Of a stretch of 64,000 bases of DNA, positions 58,033 to 64,000 are shown piece after piece. This DNA is from a virus. The stretch lies in IMG/VR virus record IMGVR_UViG_3300027804_000046, positions 32,001 to 96,000 of that record; one strand, given 5' to 3'. Below the pieces are notes generated by a model that saw only the letters and a program-made list of their open reading frames with translations, was not told where the DNA came from and searched no databases. Positions within the stretch are counted from its first letter, which is position 1; each line of letters opens with the position of its first letter. A program made the position numbers and the translations under genes.

Positions 58033-58275
58033 ATGACAAGCGACAAGATAGAACTAAGGCAAAAGTTCAAAGAAGTAAGCACGGATGATCCCAAGGAGAT
58101 GACCGACGAAGACTTTGAGATTATATGGGCAAAAGAGTGTATGTTATTTTATGGTCGGATATTGACTGGAGAAAAACGACACTATTGTCCTGAGTGGGAC
58201 TTTATGCCGATAGACGAAACTTGTGAATTTGAATTTGAAGCCTGCAACTGCTATCTGGAGAAAAAGAATGGATAA
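58033..58275 (+). CDS. Hypothetical protein
   Basis: 80 aa; HYCPEWD...C.C. Confidence 0.5.
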   Translation: MTSDKIELRQKFKEVSTDDPKEMTDEDFEIIWAKECMLFYGRILTGEKRHYCPEWDFMPIDETCEFEFEACNCYLEKKNG

Positions 58276-58504
58276 CTACTACGTTCTGCCACTTGAAGTC
58301 AATTCCGATTTCATCTGGTGCGTCATGGAAAACAAGACCGAGCAACTGATTAAGGCTTTTGAGTTCGAGGAAGATGCATTAGACTATGCTAATTTTCTGG
58401 AATCAGGCGGTGCCTTTGACGGATTCACTCCGACGTTTGTACTACGGGAAGTTGTATTCGCACGGAATGTCAACGCCGACTTCTCCGACTTCATTTCTGC
58501 TTAA
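58268..58504 (+). CDS. Hypothetical protein
   Basis: E..TEQ.I..F.FEEDA......L..GGAFDGFTP.F motif. Confidence 0.6.
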   Translation: MDNYYVLPLEVNSDFIWCVMENKTEQLIKAFEFEEDALDYANFLESGGAFDGFTPTFVLREVVFARNVNADFSDFISA

Positions 58505-58616
58505 AACTCGGTAGGAATGGGCTGGAAAAGCGACTGACCAGCGGGTAGTACGGATATATCTGGCTGGATCCACCCGCTCCAGCCCTCTCCTCCTGCGTCT
58601 GGACCGACCTCAATAA

Positions 58617-58653
58617 AATCAATCACTTAGCCGAACGACAAATCAAGCACTTA
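58617..58653 (+). promoter_or_regulatory. Two IHF-consensus sites
   Basis: AATCAA-TCAC-TTA (58617-58629) and AATCAA-GCAC-TTA (58641-58653). Confidence 0.55.
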
Positions 58654-58657
58654 GCCC

Positions 58658-58723
58658 ATGCTCTGGATGCATAGCAGGTATGCAAAAGGAACCCTTGAAA
58701 AACCGACTTGCCATCCCCATCTA
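58658..58723 (+). promoter_or_regulatory. Composite early promoter copy 2: LysR-type box + sigma32-like core
   Basis: ATGC-N7-GCAT-N7-ATGC, 10 nt, then CTTGAA-N15-CCCCATCTA. Confidence 0.7.
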
Positions 58724-58759
58724 TAGTGTATGAGACGATCCAACGACTATCAGCCAGAC

Positions 58760-58825
58760 ATGCGTTCCGTGCATAGCAGGGTTGCGTTTGCTGCTCTTGA
58801 TAATCTGATCGACCGACACTATATT
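58760..58825 (+). promoter_or_regulatory. Composite promoter copy 3: LysR-type box + sigma70 core
   Basis: ATGC-N7-GCAT-N7-TTGC, 10 nt, then cTTGATA-N17-TATATT. Confidence 0.6.
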
Positions 58826-58849
58826 ATGAGTATGAGAAAGAGAGAGCCG

Positions 58850-59038
58850 ATGACCTTTGATGAAGCCGTTGAGATTGTGAAGAACTATACTGGTTGCGGT
58901 AACCTTCTACTCGACGGTCTTGAGCAGATCAAGCATGAAATGCAGCAGGAAGACGCCGATGACTGGCTTAGCCAGCGTGAGAAAGCAGCTTATCGCCTCA
59001 TCTGCGCCAAAATGCGTCCCCTCTTCTTTGGAGAATAA
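58850..59038 (+). CDS. Hypothetical early protein
   Basis: Likely start MTFDEAVEIV, downstream of promoter copy 3. Confidence 0.55.
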   Translation: MTFDEAVEIVKNYTGCGNLLLDGLEQIKHEMQQEDADDWLSQREKAAYRLICAKMRPLFFGE

Positions 59039-59039
59039 C

Positions 59040-59465
59040 ATGACCCTTGCTGAATACCTTGCCGCCCTCAATGCTGAAAAGCTGGCTTGGATCGCCGAAG
59101 ATCCAGACAATCGTTGGACGGGTCTCTATGTCGAGGAACTTGATTTCTGGACCGAGATGGGTGTTACCACCGTGCGTGACTTCAAGCGTTACGAAAACGA
59201 AACCTTGTTCTGGGAAATGTATAAGGAAGTAGTTGGTTTCCGTCCGCGTCATATCGACGTAAAGTCAATGTCGGATGCTGAACTGGAAGATTATCTGGAT
59301 TACCTCGGTAAGCAGATGGCAGCCCAGATCGCCGCTGACGCTGAGTGGCAAAAGCAGGAAGAAGAATATCGCCTTGAAGAAGAGGCAAAGCGGGCCGCGT
59401 GGCTTGCTGAACAGCCTGAGACCATTGACTATGTGGCTCACAACTATCAGGAAGGTTGGCTCTAA
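59040..59465 (+). CDS. Hypothetical early protein
   Basis: GGAG RBS; MTLAEYL...W..EDP.NRW...YKEV.G.RPR motif. Confidence 0.65.
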   Translation: MTLAEYLAALNAEKLAWIAEDPDNRWTGLYVEELDFWTEMGVTTVRDFKRYENETLFWEMYKEVVGFRPRHIDVKSMSDAELEDYLDYLGKQMAAQIAADAEWQKQEEEYRLEEEAKRAAWLAEQPETIDYVAHNYQEGWL

Positions 59466-59662
59466 TGTTTAAGCGTTTCATTAGTTGGTTCAAGATCCGT
59501 TTCATCTTTTCGGACCAGCAACTAATGGATGCCGTCGATATGGTCGACCGTGTTGATCCTAATCTGCTCAATGATGAAAATCTTTGGCAACAAGCCCAGA
59601 GTGCGCGGATCTATATCATCAGAGAATTGATCCGTCGCGGTCACTATGAATACATCATATAA
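59465..59662 (+). CDS. Hypothetical protein
   Basis: TAATG coupling to the upstream gene. Confidence 0.5.
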   Translation: MFKRFISWFKIRFIFSDQQLMDAVDMVDRVDPNLLNDENLWQQAQSARIYIIRELIRRGHYEYII

Positions 59663-59675
59663 TAAGGATTTAGGA

Positions 59676-59822
59676 ATGCTTAGATTTCTGCTCGGTATGG
59701 TTCTCGGCGCTTCGGCCACGACTGGACTTGGACTCCAGATGGTTATGGGTGCAATCGGTCTCGGTCTTATGGCTTGGGGCTTCTATGTGATGTATATGAA
59801 CGGAGAGTTAATGAGTGACTAA
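59676..59822 (+). CDS. Small membrane protein (48 aa), not in ORF track
   Basis: MLRFLLGMVLGASATTGLGLQMVMGAIGLGLMAWGFYVMYM...; AAGGA RBS. Confidence 0.5.
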   Translation: MLRFLLGMVLGASATTGLGLQMVMGAIGLGLMAWGFYVMYMNGELMSD

Positions 59823-60030
59823 CACCTGCCTGCATTTCGTTGGTTTCAAGGATGAGAGATATCTGGCTGCCGTGCGTTTGTTCGGGCAGCCAGATTTCAT
59901 TCATCCTGGTTGGGATCTCCGTGCTTTTCGTGAGATTGCACCAGGCGATACGGTTGTGTTTGCAAATGGCGATCATACACAGGCGCCGCGTAATAAGTCT
60001 TACAGTGACATAAAGGAACCCAATGTTTAG
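59815..60030 (+). CDS. Hypothetical protein
   Basis: HFVGF...Y..AVR.FG.PDFIH..WD.RA..EI..GD.VVFA motif. Confidence 0.6.
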   Translation: MTNTCLHFVGFKDERYLAAVRLFGQPDFIHPGWDLRAFREIAPGDTVVFANGDHTQAPRNKSYSDIKEPNV

Positions 60031-60298
60031 AGTGCAAAAGGAAGAATATCATACTGGTTTTCAAATGATCTTTGAAAATGGTTGGACGGTATCGGTTCAG
60101 TTCGGTCGTGGAAACTATTGTAAGAATCGTTCCATGAAATTTGTTGGACAAGAACCTGTTTACAAATCGCCCGATGCCGAGGTTGCTGCATGGGATGAGA
60201 ACGGTGTGTGGTATCGGTTTGATGAGGGCGATTCCGTGAAGGGCTGGTGCAAGCCTGACGAGGTCGCCGACTTCATCGCTAAGGTAAAGGCATTCTAA
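60023..60298 (+). CDS. Hypothetical protein
   Basis: GF...FENGWTVSVQFG.GNYC...AEVA.W...V.GW motif. Confidence 0.6.
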   Translation: MFRVQKEEYHTGFQMIFENGWTVSVQFGRGNYCKNRSMKFVGQEPVYKSPDAEVAAWDENGVWYRFDEGDSVKGWCKPDEVADFIAKVKAF

Positions 60299-60834
60299 TG
60301 AAAATCAACATTCGCGGTAAGACTTCGGCCATGTGTAAGGCCGAAATCAAGTTTGCTACAATCTTCTTTGCTCAGTATATCATGAGCAAGAGACTGCTAG
60401 AAAATATTCAGGTCGATATCTGCTTTGAGAAACAAGGCAAGTATGCACAGGGTCATTGTTTTTCTTATGATGATGGTCCGCGCCCGCGAATGTTTGAAAT
60501 CGGTATCAATTCAAAACTGTCCCGATACAAGATGCTGCAATGCCTCGCGCATGAGATTGTCCATATGAAGCAATATGCGAAAGGCGAGTTGCGACACGAA
60601 CTAATCACAGCCAAGTGGCAGGGCAAGACCTACAAGATTACCAATTCTTTCGAGGACTATCTAAACTGGCCTTGGGAAATTGAAGCGTATGGTCGCGACC
60701 GTTCGCTATATCTGCTCTATTCTTGTGTCCTGAAACAGGAAAAGATTAAGTTCAAGCACGGGTATCCTTATATTCGTGGAAAACGTCTGACAAAAAAGAT
60801 GTTGACATCCTTCAAGACAACTGCTAAGATTTGA
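60298..60834 (+). CDS. Zincin-like (HEXXH) protein
   Basis: LAHEIVHMKQY and Y...PWEIEAY motifs. Confidence 0.7.
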   Translation: MKINIRGKTSAMCKAEIKFATIFFAQYIMSKRLLENIQVDICFEKQGKYAQGHCFSYDDGPRPRMFEIGINSKLSRYKMLQCLAHEIVHMKQYAKGELRHELITAKWQGKTYKITNSFEDYLNWPWEIEAYGRDRSLYLLYSCVLKQEKIKFKHGYPYIRGKRLTKKMLTSFKTTAKI

Positions 60835-61067
60835 CCATGATGACAAATGATTGGAAACCGAACGTTGGCGATCTGCTGCATGTCCGTACTGAATATAAGT
60901 ATGGTTGTCGGCATGACATTCTCATCAAGAGTGGAAGGGTAGTGAAAAGTGAGCGATACGATCCAAAAAATACTTTTCGTCTATACACTGGCAATCCTCA
61001 GTATCCCGTTTCTATCATCGCATTGGAACGAGTCACTGGTGTTAAGATTCGCAAAGGTGCAGCATAA
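60831..61067 (+). CDS. Hypothetical protein
   Basis: 78 aa; preceded by TTGACA-N17-TAAGAT at 60802-60830. Confidence 0.5.
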   Translation: MTMMTNDWKPNVGDLLHVRTEYKYGCRHDILIKSGRVVKSERYDPKNTFRLYTGNPQYPVSIIALERVTGVKIRKGAA

Positions 61068-61255
61068 TGGTTAGGTCATATGAAGTAGATTTTTCTGTAG
61101 TTGACAACCGCGTCGGCTTCATGCTATATTGCTTTGAAGAAGATGATTGCATCTGGGAACAGTTTTTCCTGGACAGCGATGATGCACACAAGACTGGTCA
61201 TCGTTTTCTTGATGGCTGTTACATCAGAGGCTTTCCTGTTGATCAGGTAGCATAA
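61067..61255 (+). CDS. Hypothetical protein
   Basis: 62 aa; TAATG coupling. Confidence 0.5.
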   Translation: MVRSYEVDFSVVDNRVGFMLYCFEEDDCIWEQFFLDSDDAHKTGHRFLDGCYIRGFPVDQVA

Positions 61256-61267
61256 ATAAAGTTCAAT

Positions 61268-61344
61268 GGCTCCGTAACTCAACTGGATAGAGTGTCAGAC
61301 TTCTAATCTGAATGCTGGGGGTTCAAGTCCCTCCGGAGTCGCCA
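61268..61344 (+). tRNA. tRNA-Arg (TCT)
   Basis: Acceptor GGCTCCG/CGGAGTC, anticodon arm TCAGA-CTTCTAA-TCTGA, TTCAAGT T-loop, CCA. Confidence 0.92.
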
Positions 61345-61368
61345 ATTAAAGTATAATGGAGAAAGTGA

Positions 61369-61635
61369 ATGTCCGCACCAAAGACTAAATCTGCTTACAC
61401 CTCAAAGGGTGAGCGTGAAGCAAATCGACAGATTTCTAAGGCCATCAAGCGTGATCGGTCTGCTATTGTAAAGTGGACAATCTTACAGAAGGCTTGGTTG
61501 AAGGGTAAGAATCCTTGGTTGTCTGTTCCAAATGAGAACACGGCCGATACTCGCGCACGGTTCGTTCGCGTCCGCGCAGATACATATTGGGGTGATCCTC
61601 GCAAGGGATTCATTCACGGGTCAAGCAAGGACTAA
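61369..61635 (+). CDS. Hypothetical basic protein
   Basis: YTSKGER...AW.KGKNPWL..PN.N motif; GGAG RBS. Confidence 0.6.
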   Translation: MSAPKTKSAYTSKGEREANRQISKAIKRDRSAIVKWTILQKAWLKGKNPWLSVPNENTADTRARFVRVRADTYWGDPRKGFIHGSSKD

Positions 61636-61641
61636 AATAAA

Positions 61642-61717
61642 GCCCCTTTAGCCCAGCGGTAGAGGCAGAGGACTTAAAATCCTTCAAGGGTCAGTTCGAA
61701 TCTGACAAGGGGCACCA
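61642..61717 (+). tRNA. tRNA-Leu (TAA), short variable loop
   Basis: Acceptor GCCCCTT/AAGGGGC, GAGGA-CTTAAAA-TCCTT, 5-nt variable region, GTCAG-TTCGAAT-CTGAC, A73, CCA. Confidence 0.85.
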
Positions 61718-61721
61718 ACTC

Positions 61722-61797
61722 GCGCCTGTAGCATAGCGGTTAATGCTGACGGCTCATAACCGTCCGATCCTCAGTTCGAATCTGAGCGGGCGCACCA
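61722..61797 (+). tRNA. tRNA with CAT anticodon (Ile2 more likely than Met)
   Basis: Acceptor GCGCCTG/CGGGCGC with C4 and C5, GACGG-CTCATAA-CCGTC, CCA; lacks the initiator GGG/CCC anticodon stem. Confidence 0.85.
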
Positions 61798-61813
61798 AAA
61801 CAAAGGAAGTAAA

Positions 61814-62089
61814 ATGAAAACGCCAAAGACTAAAGCGAATGATACAGTCAAGGAAGTTCCTCTAAAAATTAAAGAAGAGAAGATTGATCCTGTTGTTGTT
61901 GTTTCTGAATATGTGTCAACAGACAAGACACTCAAAGCAGTCATAAAGCAAAATCGTCTAACATCTTTGTATGAGATCGACTTCTACAAAGACAAGAAGA
62001 TTGTCGCAACGGAATCATATGCGTTCCATACTCGCAGATATCACGAAGATGCTGCTGAGAATTATGTGAACGGCATTAAAAAGCTTTGA
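61814..62089 (+). CDS. Hypothetical protein
   Basis: AAGGA RBS; H...Y.EDAAENYV.G motif. Confidence 0.6.
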   Translation: MKTPKTKANDTVKEVPLKIKEEKIDPVVVVSEYVSTDKTLKAVIKQNRLTSLYEIDFYKDKKIVATESYAFHTRRYHEDAAENYVNGIKKL

Positions 62090-62094
62090 TATAA

Positions 62095-62186
62095 CGGCGT
62101 GGGTGTTGGTACACGGGAGGGCCTTATAATCCCTTTAGCACTAGATGAGTGTTCTTGACTTGGTTCGAATCCAAGCACGCCGACCA
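62095..62186 (+). tRNA. Atypical tRNA, TAT anticodon (Ile), long variable arm and reduced D-arm
   Basis: Acceptor CGGCGTG/CACGCCG + A + CCA; CTTGG-TTCGAAT-CCAAG T-arm; GAGGGc-CTTATAA-tCCCTT; variable stem AGCACT/AGTGTT. Confidence 0.7.
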
Positions 62187-62199
62187 AATTTGAGGTAAC

Positions 62200-63279
62200 A
62201 TGAAACCTACTTATCTTGATTGTCTTATGCACAATCATTATTACAAAGATGACTTTAATTATAAAGAGGGCTGGGGCACACCTAAAGAAGAGTGTGATGA
62301 AGGTCTGTTGAACGACATTTGCGATTATTTCTTTCGTAGAATGGAAAGAGAGAATATAGTCAATGGTGCAGAGTCAATAACATGGGGACCAATCATTGAA
62401 ACCCATAAAGAATATGCTATGGCTCTTATCAATAAAGACATACCAAAAGTTCATAATACATTAAAAAACTTATGTAATTCTCCCTTAACTAGAGGCATCT
62501 TTGGTGGAGATTTGTTGTATGAGTTCTATAAGAAGAACAAGCACGACAGAGCAATGTATGTTTTTGGTGTATTCGACAAACTTCTGTCTATATGTGAAGC
62601 TAATGGTCTAATTCCATGCTTCAATCCAGAAGACCATGAATATATAAAGATTGCATACCAAAAGCCAGAACATTTTCTAGACTTGCTTGCCAAGCACTAC
62701 AAGTTTGATATATCTGCTCCGAAATATGCTGGTGGCAATCTTGGAATAAACACAGACTTTGGACTTTATAATCAGCGTGATATGTTTGCATTGTATATCG
62801 CATTGAATGTAGTAAACAAATGTCAAGATAAAAACTTGAGAATATGTGAGATTGGTGGAGGTGCAGGACATCTGGCATTCTATTTGCATAGACTAGGATT
62901 TAGAAATCTGACTATCGTGGATCTTCCTACAGTATCTACTGTTCAGATGTATTTTCTAGGCACAAACTTGTGTCGATACAATGGAATAAATTTTATGTGT
63001 ACCGAAGATTTCGATGGCAACTACGACTTGATTATCAATGCCGATAGTTTCATTGAAATGAATAGAGAGTCGGCCAGTCGATATTTGAACCTGATTAAAG
63101 AAAACGGCAGACATCTGATTTCACTAAATCAAGAAACTGGACCTCATCAATTTGGTGAAGCAGGATTTAGAGTTTGTGACATAACAGATATGCCAAGAAC
63201 AACTAGGCATATGTCATGGATTCGTAAGGGTTGGGTCTATGAGGAGTATCTAGGAAATAAAGCGAGAGTGACGGAATAG
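62200..63279 (+). CDS. Putative sugar O-methyltransferase (class I SAM-dependent)
   Basis: ICEIGGGAG.LA, IVDLP and DLIINADSF.EM motifs. Confidence 0.7.
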   Translation: MKPTYLDCLMHNHYYKDDFNYKEGWGTPKEECDEGLLNDICDYFFRRMERENIVNGAESITWGPIIETHKEYAMALINKDIPKVHNTLKNLCNSPLTRGIFGGDLLYEFYKKNKHDRAMYVFGVFDKLLSICEANGLIPCFNPEDHEYIKIAYQKPEHFLDLLAKHYKFDISAPKYAGGNLGINTDFGLYNQRDMFALYIALNVVNKCQDKNLRICEIGGGAGHLAFYLHRLGFRNLTIVDLPTVSTVQMYFLGTNLCRYNGINFMCTEDFDGNYDLIINADSFIEMNRESASRYLNLIKENGRHLISLNQETGPHQFGEAGFRVCDITDMPRTTRHMSWIRKGWVYEEYLGNKARVTE

Positions 63280-63338
63280 GTATACGTATCAGTCTCAAAA
63301 ACTGAGTTTTGTGGGTTCGAGTCCCACCTTTCGCACCA
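63262..63338 (+). tRNA. tRNA-Leu (CAA), short variable loop
   Basis: Acceptor GCGAGAG/CTTTCGC, TCAGT-CTCAAAA-ACTGA, 5-nt variable region, GTGGG-TTCGAGT-CCCAC, A73, CCA. Confidence 0.85.
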
Positions 63339-63347
63339 AACAACAAA

Positions 63348-63521
63348 ATGACATATTGGGAAATATACTACGGTAAATGTAAAGAGAAACCGAATGGATC
63401 TCCAGAATGTCATGCTTATTGTAAATTATGTAATGGTCTTAATTGGAAACCACTAGGACCAAAAACTTACGAAGAACTGCTAAATTTTCACAGGACACTT
63501 GACAAATTGACTTCCTTGTGA
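63348..63521 (+). CDS. Small Cys-rich hypothetical protein
   Basis: The start is probably ATG at 63348, after the tRNA; C..YC.LC. Confidence 0.4.
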   Translation: MTYWEIYYGKCKEKPNGSPECHAYCKLCNGLNWKPLGPKTYEELLNFHRTLDKLTSL

Positions 63522-63529
63522 TATAAATA
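63499..63529 (+). promoter_or_regulatory. Overlapping sigma70 and late promoter
   Basis: TTGACA-N17-TATAAA with TGn; the -10 is also an exact TATAAATA. Confidence 0.65.
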
Positions 63530-63554
63530 GAATACAGAGTTAGAAAGAACGGAA

Positions 63555-63638
63555 ATGAAATCGCATTATTGCCCAATTACGAATAATCAATTTGAAGGTC
63601 GCCCAGCATGGGCAGACGCGAGGGGTTCTATGCTTTAA
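63555..63638 (+). CDS. Putative 27-aa leader peptide
   Basis: MKSHYCPITNNQFEGRPAWADARGSML; its last codons contain GGGGTTCTA, complementary to the terminator 5' arm. Confidence 0.55.
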   Translation: MKSHYCPITNNQFEGRPAWADARGSML

Positions 63639-63663
63639 GTCTTACGGATAGACTTAGTTTCTT

Positions 63664-63701
63664 AGAACCCCGAAGCCAAAAGTTTCGGGGTTCTTCTTTT
63701 T
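63664..63701 (+). terminator. Intrinsic terminator / attenuator
   Basis: AGAACCCCGAAGC-CAAAA-GTTTCGGGGTTCT followed by TCTTTTT. Confidence 0.85.
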
Positions 63702-63706
63702 GAGTT

Positions 63707-63772
63707 ATGCGTCTAGAACATAGCAGTTATGCAAAAATAAAAGTTGACTTCCTGGTTCTGAACTGCTATATT
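63707..63772 (+). promoter_or_regulatory. Composite promoter copy 4: LysR-type box + sigma70 core
   Basis: ATGC-N7-ACAT-N7-ATGC, 10 nt, then gTTGACT-N17-TATATT (TGn extended). Confidence 0.65.
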
Positions 63773-63779
63773 GTGTTTG

Positions 63780-64000
63780 TAAGTTGATTGAAAGAGTTTC
63801 CTAGCTGCGGGATAAGCAGCACCGCTGATTAACATTGTTAAGTTCCTTTTTCCTAGTGATATCAAAAACTAGGCGTACCGAATGACGAGACATCGGTGAG
63901 ATTACTACGATTCGGCGTAGCCTCACATTCTATTATCACAGACACATGGTGCTGTTCCTTAAGTTGGGTAAGAATGCTTCGGCAAATCGTCATCATGTGT
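63780..64000 (+). ncRNA. Structured non-coding leader/RNA with hairpin + boxA-like element (runs off window)
   Basis: No ORF in the track; GCTGC/GCAGC hairpin, then CGCTGATTAACATTGT; further stems CCTAGT/ACTAGG, ACCGA/TCGGT, CTACG/CGTAG and ACACATGGTG/CATCATGTGT. Confidence 0.45.

Noticed and set aside
58730-58849. N-terminal extension of ORF 58730-59038 (and of 58920-59465)
   Set aside because: The first extension overlaps promoter copy 3 and the second overlaps the upstream ORF. The downstream ATGs at 58850 and 59040 are more plausible starts.
61642-63338. Suppressor tRNAs or alternative genetic code
   Set aside because: No CTA, TTA or TCA anticodon is present, and core genes translate full length with the standard code using all three stops.

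Overview
This window is 64 kb of a T4-like (Tevenvirinae/Kyanoviridae-style) myophage genome, and essentially all genes are on the + strand. Gene order: tail sheath/tube, portal, prohead core/protease and major capsid (gp18-gp23, gp3); uvsY/uvsW, gp55, gp47/46; a GREB1/TAGT-like glycosyltransferase; an early VWA-peptidase + CobS AAA pair; gp45/44/62/regA, interrupted by an EcoRI-like nuclease + methyltransferase; dUTPase, PAAR, Hsp20 and PstS; a ~13.5 kb sugar-biosynthesis/glycosyltransferase island (Gmd, Fcl/ColC, ColD-like, GT10); a PlcP-like phosphoesterase + GT4 (Agt-like) pair; gp43, uvsX, gp41; small early ORFs; and six tRNA genes, three with atypical architecture. Several signals suggest an alphaproteobacterial host (inference): rhizobial-type PstS, PlcP/Agt, a ROSE-like leader and RpoH-like promoters. 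The most notable candidates are: (1) a phage-borne phosphorus-scavenging lipid-remodelling module (PlcP+Agt, with PstS); (2) a repeated composite promoter with IHF-consensus sites, an ATGC-N7-GCAT-N7-ATGC LysR-type box at fixed spacing, and sigma32- or sigma70-type cores; (3) a leader-peptide attenuator upstream of a boxA-like structured RNA at the right end; (4) a probable GDP-colitose pathway; (5) a restriction-modification cassette; (6) a capsid-targeted ADP-ribosyltransferase with a variant catalytic motif. All calls come from motif recognition by eye. No database searches were run.
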